From Dehalococcoidia bacterium (GTDB lineage: Bacteria; Chloroflexota; Dehalococcoidia; Lucifugimonadales; CAJWER01): 64,000 nt of DNA. Position numbers and translations under genes: made by a program. The DNA lies in the NCBI GenBank assembly GCA_965261325.1, contig CBDHCU010000001.1, forward strand, positions 191,200-255,199, given 5' to 3'. Below, piece by piece: positions 16,401 through 27,216 of this stretch (position 1 is the stretch's first letter; the number at the start of each line of letters is the position of its first letter). The notes under the pieces were generated by a model that made no database searches, had not been told where the DNA came from, and saw only the letters and a program-made list of their open reading frames with translations.

Positions 16401-16459
16401 GGGAGCAGTCCGTCACGCCGCCGGTCCAGGGCGGCGGCGAATCTGGCCGGCGCACTGTC

Positions 16460-17677
16460 TTGTGGGTATTGCCTGCTTATGGCATGATGGGCGCCACGAT
16501 GACATCGTCGCTCACGTATCAGGGGATACCCGTATGGCGGCACGCCAGGATTCTGGGTTGGACTGCCCAGATCGTTTCGGCCATCGTCGTAATCGCGGCG
16601 GTTGCCTTCTTCATCTACAACCTCACTTCCGCAATTGAAGAGCGGGATATCCCTCGTGGCTGGTCGTTCCTGTCCAGGGAGTACTCCACACCCATAAGCG
16701 AGTCGCTCCTGCCATACGAGGAGAGCGACACGTTCGCCTATGCGTTCCTGGTAGCCGCAACGAACACGCTGACCCTGTCCCTGGTAGGCGTGGCTTTCGC
16801 CACGGTGCTGGGGATATTCATAGGCTCCGCGCAGCTGGCTGGCAACTGGATACTGAGCCGGGCGGCCAGGGTGTTCGTGGAATTCTTCCGAAACGTGCCG
16901 CTAATCGTGCAGCTATTCTTCTGGTACATCGTGCTGCTTGGGCTCCCGCAGGTCCTGGTGGGATTCGTGTGGTTCGACGCGCTGTTCCTGAACAACTCAG
17001 GGCTGTCGTTCCCGTGGCTCAAGGGGCAGGAGACGGTCTGGGTCTGGGCAATCTGCGCCCTGCTTGCGATAGTAGCGGCGATAGTTGTTCATCGCGTTGC
17101 CTTGCGTCGGGAGCTCGGAACCGGGCGTCCTTCGTACCCCGTTATCTGGGCAGCCGTCACAGCCGGTGTCATCGGCGCCGTTGCGTGGTTTGCCGTGGGC
17201 GGCGCCCCGCTGGTTGTCGATGTGCCGTACCCTGAGGGGCGCTTTGGGCACCTGAAGGGCGGCGTCACCATCTCCATCGAGCTTGCGGCCCTGCTTGTGG
17301 GGCTCATCATCTACACCTCGTCCTTCATCGCCGAGATCGTAAGGGCGGGGCTGCAGTCGGTGTCGCGCGGGCAGGGTGAGGCATCCCGCTCGCTGGGCCT
17401 GAACACCCTGGAGACCCTGAGATACGTGACCTTCCCGCAGGCCCTTAGGGTTATCGTGCCGCCGCTCATCAGCCAGTACCTGAACCTGACGAAGAACAGC
17501 AGCCTGGCCATCGCCATCGGCTACGCGGACCTGACGAGCGTAGCGAAGACGATGACCCAGACGGCCCCGGCCATCTCGATCTTCCTGATCATCATGGGCG
17601 TGTACCTGCTGTTCAGCCTCGGCTATTCCCTAATCGGCAATCTCTACAACCGCCACATCCAGTTCACGGGGGGTTAG
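16460..17677 (+). CDS. aapQ: Amino-acid ABC transporter permease (AapQ/BztB-like); true start possibly 16499
   Basis: Multi-TM protein with the ...SSFIAEIVRAGLQSV..GQ.EA..SLGL... permease EAA-loop signature. Confidence 0.85.
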   Translation: MWVLPAYGMMGATMTSSLTYQGIPVWRHARILGWTAQIVSAIVVIAAVAFFIYNLTSAIEERDIPRGWSFLSREYSTPISESLLPYEESDTFAYAFLVAATNTLTLSLVGVAFATVLGIFIGSAQLAGNWILSRAARVFVEFFRNVPLIVQLFFWYIVLLGLPQVLVGFVWFDALFLNNSGLSFPWLKGQETVWVWAICALLAIVAAIVVHRVALRRELGTGRPSYPVIWAAVTAGVIGAVAWFAVGGAPLVVDVPYPEGRFGHLKGGVTISIELAALLVGLIIYTSSFIAEIVRAGLQSVSRGQGEASRSLGLNTLETLRYVTFPQALRVIVPPLISQYLNLTKNSSLAIAIGYADLTSVAKTMTQTAPAISIFLIIMGVYLLFSLGYSLIGNLYNRHIQFTGG

Positions 17678-17683
17678 GGGCCT

Positions 17684-18916
17684 TTGGCCGCCGCGACCGA
17701 GCATACGGAGTCCCTGGCGCCTCCCCGCTCCGAAACGGGGTGGATTGGGTGGGCCCGGCTCAACCTGTTCGGTAGTTGGTCCAGCTCGATCGTTACGGTT
17801 GTCTCGGCGCCGCTCGCCCTCTGGGCCTGCTGGAGCGGGTTGAGCTGGATCTTCACGACCGCAGACTGGACATTGGTCACGAGCCGGCCCCAGCAGTACG
17901 TCATCGGCGTATACCCTACCGAGCACGCCTGGCGCCCGCTTGTGGGGTGGCTGATGGTCTCGGTGCTGTTCGGCCTGGCGGCAGGGATGTGGAAGGGGGC
18001 CGCCGAGCGAATCGCAATGGGATATGGCGTAGTGGCCCTGGTGGCGGGGCTCCTGCCTTATGGAATGCTGCCCGAGGGCGTCAATATGCCCCTGGACGTG
18101 CGCCTTCTGGTCCTGGGCAACCTGCCTGTCCTGGCCGTCTCGTACTGGCTAGGCACCACCGAAAGGGTGGGGCGGCCACGCTGGCTCATAGTCGGCGGAC
18201 TGGCGGCCTACGTCCTGTTCCTTCTCTTGCTGGTCGGGCTGCCGGGGGTGAGCGCCATGGAGCCCGTGTCGCCGAGGGTGTGGGGCGGGCTGATGCTCAA
18301 CCTGATACTGTCGGTGTCGGGCATAGTGCTGTCCTTCCCCATCGGCGTGGCGCTGGCGCTCGGGCGGCGCAGCAACCTGCCCGTGGTGAAGCTAATGTGC
18401 GTGGCGTTCATAGAGATATTCCGGGGCGTCCCGCTGATCACGCTGCTGTTCGTGTCCCAGGTCCTCGTGCCGCTGGCCCTGCCGCAGAACTTTCCGGTCG
18501 ACTCGGTCACACGTGCTGCGATCGTCATCACCCTTTTCTCGTCGGCGTACATGGCCGAGAACTTGAGGGGTGGACTCCAGGGACTGCCCCCCGGGCAGGC
18601 CGAGGCGGCCAGGGCGCTTGGACTTCCGGGCTGGCAAGTGACGGTGCTGATACTGCTGCCCCAGGCCATACGCAACGTGATACCGACCATAGTCGGTCAA
18701 TTCATCGCGCTCTTCAAAGACACGAGCCTCGTCTACATTATCGGGATGCTCGACATCCTCGAGATAGGACGAGCGATCGTCCAGGGCAACCCGGAATTCA
18801 TTAACAATGGGCGAGAGTTGTATCTGTTCGTAGCCGTGGTCTTCTGGGTGTTCACGTACACCATGTCGTATGCCAGCCGGAACCTCGAAAGGCACCTGGG
18901 CGTGGGTGAGCGGTAA
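17684..18916 (+). CDS. aapM: Amino-acid ABC transporter permease (AapM/BztC-like)
   Basis: ...FSSAYMAENLRGGLQGLPPGQAEAARALGL... EAA loop. TTG start. Confidence 0.85.
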   Translation: MAAATEHTESLAPPRSETGWIGWARLNLFGSWSSSIVTVVSAPLALWACWSGLSWIFTTADWTLVTSRPQQYVIGVYPTEHAWRPLVGWLMVSVLFGLAAGMWKGAAERIAMGYGVVALVAGLLPYGMLPEGVNMPLDVRLLVLGNLPVLAVSYWLGTTERVGRPRWLIVGGLAAYVLFLLLLVGLPGVSAMEPVSPRVWGGLMLNLILSVSGIVLSFPIGVALALGRRSNLPVVKLMCVAFIEIFRGVPLITLLFVSQVLVPLALPQNFPVDSVTRAAIVITLFSSAYMAENLRGGLQGLPPGQAEAARALGLPGWQVTVLILLPQAIRNVIPTIVGQFIALFKDTSLVYIIGMLDILEIGRAIVQGNPEFINNGRELYLFVAVVFWVFTYTMSYASRNLERHLGVGER

Positions 18917-18929
18917 GCTAGGGAGCAAT

Positions 18930-19715
<786 letters not shown>

Positions 19716-19914
19716 GAGGCCGGAGCCGGAGCAGCGATGTGGGGAGGGCCTGGACCAGGCGACTATCTCCAGAAGTGCTTCGACAAGCTCAGCACGAGCG
19801 GGACTATACAAGGATTGTTCGCCCTGAGCCTGTCGAAGGGCAGTTCTCCGCCGATACAGGTGACTGTGAGATAACCCCCTAGGCGTCTGGAATCGGCCCA
19901 CTGCCTTCGGTGCT

Positions 19915-20039
19915 GACCGGACGGTGCCGCGCTGGGCCTTGTACAGGCGGAATATCAGCCGGGATATGGTCGTCTTGCCGCTCCCGGTGCGTTGGTCACC
20001 CCCAACGTATTCCCGCCGGGTTGTCTCTTGCACAACCAA
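19915..20039 (-). pseudogene. Possible relic of an ABC-exporter ATPase (Walker A region only)
   Basis: Minus-strand translation ...GGDQRTGSGKTTISRLIFRLYKAQRGTV resembles an ABC Walker A block. It has no upstream or downstream continuation and is bounded by repeats and IS copy C. Confidence 0.25.
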
Positions 20040-20092
20040 GTCCCGGTGTCAGTCGGCCCGCCTAGCCGGGTGGGCAGAGGGCGGGTTTGAAA

Positions 20093-21538
20093 CCATCTGC
20101 TCCAACTAATTCACTCTCAAGATGTTTGCAGCGGGTCCGGGACACTTGCGGTTGGCATATCGAGGGGTGCGAATGAGTGCCAGTCCGGGTGGCGCAGGCA
20201 GGACTGCCTCGACAGGTATGTTCGGGGCGTGGATGAGCATTCTACGGGAAGGTCGAATGAAGCCCAGCTCACGCCCTCGCTCCACGAAGATCTTCACAGG
20301 GTCCCTGCCTTCATAGGCATACTGTGGCGCATACTCGACCAGCAGGCCGATGGACACCTCGAACGGGTCCACCCCGGCCCTGTGGGCTATCTCAAGCCGC
20401 ATCGACTGAAGAATCTGCGAGATTATCAACGTCGCCCATATCTGTTGCTGGATCACCACCAACTTGGCGGACCACAGAAGACGCAGCTTGAGGTGTTGCT
20501 TGACCAACTTGAGCGCCATCTCGATGTCCCACCTGCGAGCGTAGACCTCGGCCATGGATGCAATCGGGAATGTGTGAGGCTCCCGAACGTTGGTGATGTA
20601 GCGGCGCAGCGTATTGCCTTGTCTGAAAGTCACCAGCCGAACGGCGTGTTTGGCCCGGTCGGCGCGATGGGCTCCCAGCCACACGAGGCCATCGAAGACG
20701 TCGCCCCGATGGTAGAAGGTATGTATCACCTTGTAGCTGGTCTTTGCTCTCAGCCTGCTCAGCCAGTGGTAACCCCTGTCCGTGAGCCAGTCGAACCAGG
20801 CGAAGCCGAAGTATCCCAAGTCTGCGACCACCAGTGTTCCCGCTGGCAGGTCTTCCACCAACTTCCGCGCCAACACCTTCTCGTTCTGATGTGGGTCCGG
20901 CTGAAACATGACGGTCCGCCACTGCTGGCCTCTCACGTCGAACACGCCAGCCAGCTTGCCAGGGAGCAGACGGCTATCGCCTTGGGGAATCTCTCTCAGA
21001 GGCGGAAGCCTTCTCGACATGGCGTCCAGTGTACTCTCGTCTATGCACACCACGCCCTCGGCGAATGGCGCCAGCTTCTCCGTTACCACACCCTGCAATC
21101 GTTGTGCCAATACGCCGCTGATCTGCTCGAAGAGTCTCTCCAATGGCTTGGTTCCCGCGCTATGGAGCCTCTTGTAGACCGCTTGGTCTGTAACCGGGAA
21201 TCGGGGGAAGAACCAGAGTCCGCGTTCCGAGATAAGACGCCACACCGCCAATTGGCTGCCGAAGCCTCTCAGGACGCAGACCAGCAGCCCTGCCCACAGA
21301 GCCATTGCGGGCAGGACGCGCGGCCTGCCAGGGCCCTTGAGACTGTGGTCTGGCTCCATGTCCTTCAAACACTGCTGAAGAAACTCCTCTATGCTCCCGA
21401 TGGTGGCTGTATCGTCCCCGGTACTGGTGGACATTTCGCTCTGTCCCTCCTTTGGAGTAGTCTTATCCTGATACTATCCAAAGGAGGACTACCCAAAGGA
21501 AAGGACGGTTCTTTTTATCAATTAGTTGGAGCAGATGG
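20093..21538 (-). mobile_element. IS4-family insertion sequence, copy C (complete, 1446 bp, inverted relative to copies A/B)
   Basis: Same 19-bp TIRs as copy B. Both flanks read TTTGAAACC on the + strand (= TTTCAAACC on the IS sense strand), consistent with a 9-bp target duplication inside GGGCGGGTTTGAAACCCGCCC. Confidence 0.9.
20106..21434 (-). CDS. IS4-family DDE transposase (442 aa)
   Basis: Differs from 1925..3253 by one residue (DGLVWLG versus DGIVWLG). Confidence 0.9.
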   Translation of the reverse strand: MSTSTGDDTATIGSIEEFLQQCLKDMEPDHSLKGPGRPRVLPAMALWAGLLVCVLRGFGSQLAVWRLISERGLWFFPRFPVTDQAVYKRLHSAGTKPLERLFEQISGVLAQRLQGVVTEKLAPFAEGVVCIDESTLDAMSRRLPPLREIPQGDSRLLPGKLAGVFDVRGQQWRTVMFQPDPHQNEKVLARKLVEDLPAGTLVVADLGYFGFAWFDWLTDRGYHWLSRLRAKTSYKVIHTFYHRGDVFDGLVWLGAHRADRAKHAVRLVTFRQGNTLRRYITNVREPHTFPIASMAEVYARRWDIEMALKLVKQHLKLRLLWSAKLVVIQQQIWATLIISQILQSMRLEIAHRAGVDPFEVSIGLLVEYAPQYAYEGRDPVKIFVERGRELGFIRPSRRMLIHAPNIPVEAVLPAPPGLALIRTPRYANRKCPGPAANILRVN

Positions 21539-21714
21539 GGTTTGAAACCCGCCCCTACAGGCGGGAACGCAAACATCCCCCTCATCCCTTCGACAAGCTC
21601 AGGGCAGGCTCCACCTTCTCCCGCCAGGGGAGAAGGGGCAAGAGGCCGCCCGGCGATCTGAGCTGGCTGACATTGTGTTGGCCCCGCTTGGCCCGGTTGG
21701 ACGGCGGGGCGGGT

Positions 21715-23149
21715 TCAGACCCAGATTTTGAACCGGCTGGGTCTGGGGATGCCGGCCTCGCGCATCTTGTCGAAGGGCCGCTTTATCCAGATGCTCTCGG
21801 CCTTGGGCGTAGTCCCGGGTTCGCGGGAGCGGCGGCGCTTGGGGCGAAGTCGTCTTCGGATCGACTTGGGATATGCCGGGGCGTACTCCCAGATGTATTT
21901 GCCGTACGCGTCTGGGACCTCGCCGGAGATCCAGTAGCGGACTTCGTCGTCTTCGTCGTTCTCCTTGTCTTCGCCATGGAAGGCGGCGGCCACCTCGTCG
22001 TATGCCTGGACGAACTTGTGGATTGGGTGGGCCGGGTCGCGCTGGGCTTCTGCGATTTTGCGGTCGATGTCGTAGCAGCCGCGGTCGGGGTCGGTGAGCT
22101 CCGGGTCGTCTTCTTCGGCGGGGCCGGGGATGGGGATGGATTCCCGCGAAGGCGGGAATGACGATTCGGTTGCGGTTGCAGTGTGCGGATCGTCTGCGTT
22201 GGCGGTGCTGGGGATGGGTTCCCGCCCCGTATCGAGTACGGGGCAGGCTCTTCGCGGGAATGACGGAGCACCCTCACCCTCACCCCAGCCCTCTCCCGTC
22301 AAGGGAGAGGGGGACGGCGGGAGCCCGTCCTCATCCCCGCCGCCCTGGAAAGCCGGTGTGACGGTCAGGTCTGCTTCGGCGGGGGCGGGGATGGGTTCCC
22401 GCTTTCGCGGGAATGACGGTGCGGCCTCACCCTCACCCTCACCCTCTCCCGTCGAGGGAGAGGGGGGTACGGAGCCGGAGCGGGCTAGCTCGTCGCGGGC
22501 TATGTGTCCGAGGGAGCTCGCTGGCGGCATCGACCCTCTGGCGGGGCCTGAAGCCGCGGACTACGCCGTGCATGACGTGGAGCAGGAAGCTGACGACGGT
22601 CTTGCCGTGGTCGGTGCTCCCGTGGACGATGCCGGCGACGCGGGGGTCGTGGGCAAGGGATGGGGTGGCGAGGGCCGAGGCGAGGTATTCGAGGGCTTCG
22701 TGGCGCGCACGGGCGGTTTTGGCGCAGTCGGCGTCCGACCGGGGATGGGTTCCCGTCGCCACGGGAATGACGGTGGTGTCGCCACGGGAACGACGGGTGG
22801 TGTCGCCACGGGAACTACCGGTGGTGTCGTCACGGGAACTACCGGTGGTGTCGTCACGGGAACTACCGGTGGTGTCGCGGGTGCGCTTGCGGAGTATGGC
22901 GTGGTTGCATTCGAGGCCGGTGAGCTGGGCTATGTATTCGGAGACGAGGCCGGGTGCGATGGCGTGGATCTGCTCGGCGGCTTCGAGCCTGTGGCAGACT
23001 TCGAAGCCGTCGTCGTTTAGCTTTCCCTCGATGACGTCGAGGTAGAAGCGGACGATGGTCTCGCCGTTGTTGGTTTCGCGGCGGACGATGTCCGCTAGTG
23101 TGGGTGGCTCGGACTGTTCGGTGTTGCGTCGTTTGTTCTTATGGCTCAT
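21715..23149 (-). pseudogene. IS-linked paralog P3, frameshifted mid-gene
   Basis: Two overlapping ORFs (22439..23149 and 21715..22530) together reproduce the P1/P2 architecture. An extra G in the run at 22512-22514 (CCGAGGGAGCTC versus CCGAGGAGCTC in P1 and P2) breaks the frame at ...AASEL|LGHIARDE. Confidence 0.75.
22755..22873. repeat. 24-bp tandem repeat (about 5 units) inside P3
   Basis: The units encode TTGSSRDD/TTGSSRGD/TTRRSRGD. Same position as in P1 and P2 but with different unit variants. Confidence 0.85.
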
Positions 23150-23156
23150 ACGTTCT

Positions 23157-23186
23157 ACTATGAGGGATCGGGTGGGGGTTTGTCAA
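23157..23186 (-). promoter_or_regulatory. Putative promoter of P3 (TTGACA ... CATAGT), identical to the P1 promoter
   Basis: Same sequence as 1749..1778. Homology with the other copies ends just beyond the -35, where MITE2 copy b begins. Confidence 0.5.
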
Positions 23187-23199
23187 GGGGGATTTTTCA

Positions 23200-23343
23200 C
23201 CCAGATCCACCACCTAATTTGGACGGATGGCGTGACGGACTGCCTCTGAGGCTATGGCTGTGCACCTTGCCGGGGATGGGTTCCCGCCCCCGACTGCTCG
23301 GGGGCAGGCTCTTCGCGGGAATGACGGCGGTGGGGGATTTGGG
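23200..23343 (+). mobile_element. MITE2 copy b (144 bp)
   Basis: Near-identical to 8551..8694 and 58168..58311. Confidence 0.85.
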
Positions 23344-23357
23344 TCCCCTGCCTCTCC

Positions 23358-23386
23358 TTGACTGTTTCCATAGCCAAGCCTAATAA
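23358..23386 (+). promoter_or_regulatory. Candidate promoter upstream of pheS (TTGACT, 17-nt spacer, TAATAA)
   Basis: cTTGACTgtttccatagccaagccTAATAAt lies about 45 nt upstream of the pheS ATG. Confidence 0.35.
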
Positions 23387-23430
23387 TTGATTGGTGCTGC
23401 TACTCTCTCCGTGCCAGATCGACGTGTCCC

Positions 23431-24486
23431 ATGAATGACAGGCCCACTGTCCAGCAGGTAGAGGACGTGAGGGCCGTGGCGGGCCGCGAGCTCGATGCCG
23501 CCGCAGACGAGGATGGCGTCGACCGGTGGAGGGTCGCATACTTGGGACGAAGCGGGCAGCTCACGCGCCTGCTCCGGGGGCTAGGCTCCCTCGACCAGGA
23601 CGAGAGGCGGGCCATTGGCGAGGCTGCCAACCGGGCCAAGGGCCAGCTCGAGCAGGACATGGAGGAGAGGCTGCGCTCGCTTCGCGCCGCGTCCATGACC
23701 GACCAGGTCGAGCAGGAGCGGATCGACGTTACGCTGCCCGGCTGGCCTGCTCCCCAGGGCAGGCTCCACCCCGTTACCCAGACCATCCGTGAGATCACGG
23801 AAGTCTTTGCGTCCATGGGGTTTGGCGTCGAAGAGGGCCCGGAGGTCGAGTGGGACCGGTACAACTTCGATATGCTCAACATACCGAAGGACCATCCGGC
23901 TCGCGACATGTGGGACACGCTCTGGGTCGACTACGTGGACGATGATGGCGCCCGGCCCATGCTGCTCAGGACCCACACGTCGCCTATGCAGGCCCGGATA
24001 ATGGAGACCACGCAGCCGCCCGTGCGGGTTGTGGTGCCGGGCAAGGCCTTCAGGTACGAGGCTACGGACGCGACCCACGAATGGCACTTCCACCAGGTCG
24101 AAGGGCTGGCCGTGGACGAGGGCATCACGTTCGCTGACCTGAAGGGCACGCTGTTCGAGTTCGCCAAGCGTATTTTTGGGGAGGATCGGCGGGCACGGTT
24201 CAGGTGCGACTTCTTCCCGTTCGTGGAGCCAGGGGTGGACATGGCGATAGACTGCTTCAGGTGCGACGGCAGCGGCTGCCGGATCTGCAGCGGCACCGGC
24301 TGGATTGAGATACTGGGCGCGGGGATGGTGCATCCGTCGGTGCTGGAGGGCGTCGGGTATGACTCCCAGAGGTACACGGGCTTCGCCTTCGGAATGGGCG
24401 TGGAGCGCATCTGCATGTTGCGCCACGGCATCACGGACATACGCCTCTTTTACGGCAACGACGTCAGGTTCCTGCGCCAATTCTGA
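23431..24486 (+). CDS. pheS: Phenylalanine--tRNA ligase alpha subunit
   Basis: 351 aa with class II aaRS motifs (...LRTHTSPMQ..., ...FRYEATDATH...GLAV..., ...GFAFGMGVERI...). Confidence 0.95.
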   Translation: MNDRPTVQQVEDVRAVAGRELDAAADEDGVDRWRVAYLGRSGQLTRLLRGLGSLDQDERRAIGEAANRAKGQLEQDMEERLRSLRAASMTDQVEQERIDVTLPGWPAPQGRLHPVTQTIREITEVFASMGFGVEEGPEVEWDRYNFDMLNIPKDHPARDMWDTLWVDYVDDDGARPMLLRTHTSPMQARIMETTQPPVRVVVPGKAFRYEATDATHEWHFHQVEGLAVDEGITFADLKGTLFEFAKRIFGEDRRARFRCDFFPFVEPGVDMAIDCFRCDGSGCRICSGTGWIEILGAGMVHPSVLEGVGYDSQRYTGFAFGMGVERICMLRHGITDIRLFYGNDVRFLRQF

Positions 24487-24524
24487 AGAAAGCGCCCGAA
24501 CGCAGCGGGACTCAGGTTCTATAG

Positions 24525-26951
24525 ATGCTCGTACCCCTATCATGGCTGAAGCGGTATGTCGCGGCAGACCTCTCACCGGGTGAGCTTGCGCACAGGCTCA
24601 CCATGGCCGGGACGGAGATCGGCGCCGTCGAGGAGATAGGGGGCGACTGGGACCGGGACAAGGTGCTCGTCGGGCATGTGCTGGAGGTGAACCCTCACCC
24701 GAACGCCGACCGGCTTTCCCTGCCCACCGTGGACCTGGGGAACGGCGAGACGGCTAAGGTCGTCTGCGGCGCTCCCAACGTCGCCGCCGGACAGAAGATC
24801 GCCTTCGCCCGCGAGGGCGCGATGCTGCTCAGCAACAGGACCGGCAAGGTCGAGCCCCTGAAGGCTGCGAAGATCAGGGGCGTCCTGTCGTCAGGCATGG
24901 TGTGCTCGGAGCGCGAGCTGGGTCTCGGCGACGATCACGGCGGCATCCTCGTGCTGGGCGACGATCTGCCAGTGGGCGCGCCCCTCGTTGACGTTCTGGG
25001 CGACGCCATACTGGACGCCGAGGTGACCCCGAACAGGCCGGACTGCCTGTCGGTCCTTGGCATAGCGCGGGAGGTCGGGGCCATCACAGGCGCGCAGGTC
25101 TGTGAGCCCGACGCCGCGTACACGGAGGATGGACCTCCGATAGCCGACAGGGTGACCGTCGAGATCGAGGATCCCGACCTTTGCCCCAGGTATACGGCTG
25201 GGCTGATAGAGGGGGTCAGGGTAGGACCGTCTCCTGAGTGGCTGCAGAGCGCCCTGGCCAAGGCCGGCCAGAGGACCATCAACAACGTCGTCGACATCAC
25301 GAACTTCGTGATGCTCGAGTACGGTCAGCCGATGCACGCCTTCGACTTCGACAAGGTGTCGGACGGCACGATCATCGTGAGGCAGGCGCGGCACGGCGAG
25401 CGGCTCGCCACCCTGGATGACGAGACTCACGACCTACGCCCGCCCATGCTCGCCATCGCCGACCCGTCGGGGCCTATCGCCCTGGCAGGGGTCGTCGGCG
25501 GGGTCGACACCAGCGTAACGGAGGCCACCATCTCCGTGCTACTCGAGTCGGCGAACTTCGACCCGTCGAACACCAATCGCACCAGGAGGACCATGGGCCA
25601 CGGCACCGAGGCGTCCCACAGGTTCGAGCGCGGCATTCGCGCCGACCTCGCGCCAAGGGCCCTCAGGCGGGCCATCGGGCTCATCCTGAGTGTAGCCGGG
25701 GGGACCGCCGCGGCCGGGATAGTCGATGCGTACCCGGGCCGAGCCGAGGCTCCCCAAGTGCGCGTCACGGGGACGCGCCTGCGGAAGGTGCTCGGCGTAG
25801 ACCTTCCCATGGACCAGGTGAGGCGCGTGCTGGAGTCTCTGGGGTTCCAGGTTCGCGGCGGCGAGGGTGACGAGCTTGCCGTCACTGCGCCTTATTGGCG
25901 CTCGGACATCAGGATCGAGGACGACGTGATCGAGGAGGTCGCCCGAATCGTCGGGTACGACGACATACCCACTACCGCGATGGCGACCCCCATTCCCCAC
26001 CACAGTCCCAAGCCGTTCGAGGAGCTGAGGGAGCGCGTCCGCGACGCCCTGGCGGCAGCGGGCATGCAGGAGGTCCTTACCTACTCGCTGACCGACCGCG
26101 ATACGCTCGACATGGTCAACGGCCTGGATGGCATAGGCGACCCGCTTGCGCTGGCGAACCCGATGAGCAGGGAGCTCCAGGCGCTGCGCACGAGCCTGCG
26201 CGGAAACATGCTGAAGACGCTCAGGGCGAATCGCCGCATGTCGCGTGGCGAGGGGCTGAGGCTGTTTGAGATAGGGCGCGTCTTCATCCCGAAGGAGGAG
26301 GCCAGGGAGCGGGACCTGCCCGACGAGAGGCAGATGGTCGTCGGTGCGATGTCCGGCCCGCGATTCCCGGCCTCGTGGCTCGCGCAGCAGGTCGACATGG
26401 ACTTCTACGACGCCAAGGGAGCCCTCGAAGCGATGCTCGCGGATACCGGGGTCGAGGCCGCGTTCGAGCCCGGCGAGGACGCGGTCATGCACCCCGGCAA
26501 GACGGCCCGCCTGACGGTGGATGGGAAGCAGGTGGGAGTGGTCGGCGAGGTCCATCCCTCGACCCTCCAGGGGTTCGACCTCGAGGATGCCGCGGTCGCC
26601 ATGTTCGAGATCGACCTGGAGGCGCTCTTCGAGGCCGCCTCAGCCAGTCCGACCGGCTATGTCCCGGTCAGCCGTTTCCCCCAGGCCGAGCGTGACATGG
26701 CCCTGATCGTCGACAAGGGCACGTCCTCCGCGAGTATTCAGCAGATAATCGACCGCCACAAGCTGGCGGCCTCCAGCCGTCCCTTCGACATGTACACTGG
26801 TGAGGGCGTCCCTGCCGGCAAGAAGTCCGTGGCCTACAGGATCGTCTTCCAGTCCGAGCAGGCCACTCTCACGTCGGAGGCAATAGACCGGGCCCAGGGC
26901 GACATTCTCCGCCAGCTCCAGCGCCAGCTTGGCGCGGAGCTGAGGGCATAG
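24525..26951 (+). CDS. pheT: Phenylalanine--tRNA ligase beta subunit
   Basis: 808 aa starting MLVPLSWLKRYV, with tRNA-binding, B3/4, B5 and FDX-ACB-like regions. Directly downstream of pheS. Confidence 0.95.
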   Translation: MLVPLSWLKRYVAADLSPGELAHRLTMAGTEIGAVEEIGGDWDRDKVLVGHVLEVNPHPNADRLSLPTVDLGNGETAKVVCGAPNVAAGQKIAFAREGAMLLSNRTGKVEPLKAAKIRGVLSSGMVCSERELGLGDDHGGILVLGDDLPVGAPLVDVLGDAILDAEVTPNRPDCLSVLGIAREVGAITGAQVCEPDAAYTEDGPPIADRVTVEIEDPDLCPRYTAGLIEGVRVGPSPEWLQSALAKAGQRTINNVVDITNFVMLEYGQPMHAFDFDKVSDGTIIVRQARHGERLATLDDETHDLRPPMLAIADPSGPIALAGVVGGVDTSVTEATISVLLESANFDPSNTNRTRRTMGHGTEASHRFERGIRADLAPRALRRAIGLILSVAGGTAAAGIVDAYPGRAEAPQVRVTGTRLRKVLGVDLPMDQVRRVLESLGFQVRGGEGDELAVTAPYWRSDIRIEDDVIEEVARIVGYDDIPTTAMATPIPHHSPKPFEELRERVRDALAAAGMQEVLTYSLTDRDTLDMVNGLDGIGDPLALANPMSRELQALRTSLRGNMLKTLRANRRMSRGEGLRLFEIGRVFIPKEEARERDLPDERQMVVGAMSGPRFPASWLAQQVDMDFYDAKGALEAMLADTGVEAAFEPGEDAVMHPGKTARLTVDGKQVGVVGEVHPSTLQGFDLEDAAVAMFEIDLEALFEAASASPTGYVPVSRFPQAERDMALIVDKGTSSASIQQIIDRHKLAASSRPFDMYTGEGVPAGKKSVAYRIVFQSEQATLTSEAIDRAQGDILRQLQRQLGAELRA

Positions 26952-26961
26952 GGAGGCCTTA

Positions 26962-27216
26962 GTGGTAACTAAAGAGGAGCTTCACAGCTTATTGGAGTCG
27001 CTGCCTGATTCGGGGCTCGAGCAGGTCCACAGCCTGATGGTTGTGCTCCTTCAGGAGTTCGAGGACCTGACTGAGGATGACGCGAAAGAATTGAGGGAAG
27101 GCGAGGCCGAAGTAGAACGAGGGGAATGGGTGTGGTGGAAAGACGTTCAGCGAGAGGATGTAGGAGGTACGACTGGCCCGCCGTGCGGAACGTTACTACC
27201 GTCGGGTGGATCGTGA
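26962..27216 (+). CDS. Putative type II antitoxin (small acidic protein upstream of the RelE/ParE gene)
   Basis: GTG start 5 nt after GGGAGG. The 84-aa acidic protein (…EDLTEDDAKELREGEAEVERGEW…) sits immediately upstream of, and overlaps, a RelE/ParE-like ORF. The family is not identified. Confidence 0.5.
   Translation: MVTKEELHSLLESLPDSGLEQVHSLMVVLLQEFEDLTEDDAKELREGEAEVERGEWVWWKDVQREDVGGTTGPPCGTLLPSGGS

Noticed and set aside
18870-18929. Upstream start for the ABC ATPase overlapping the permease gene by 47 nt
   Set aside because: The ATG at 18930 follows a GGGAG RBS, and the conserved ATPase sequence begins after it.
23344-23430. T-box or other leader upstream of pheS, and similarly upstream of aspS (42308..42523)
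   Set aside because: The pheS leader is too short (~45 nt after the candidate promoter). The aspS upstream region is a MITE1 copy. I saw no specifier or T-box motif.
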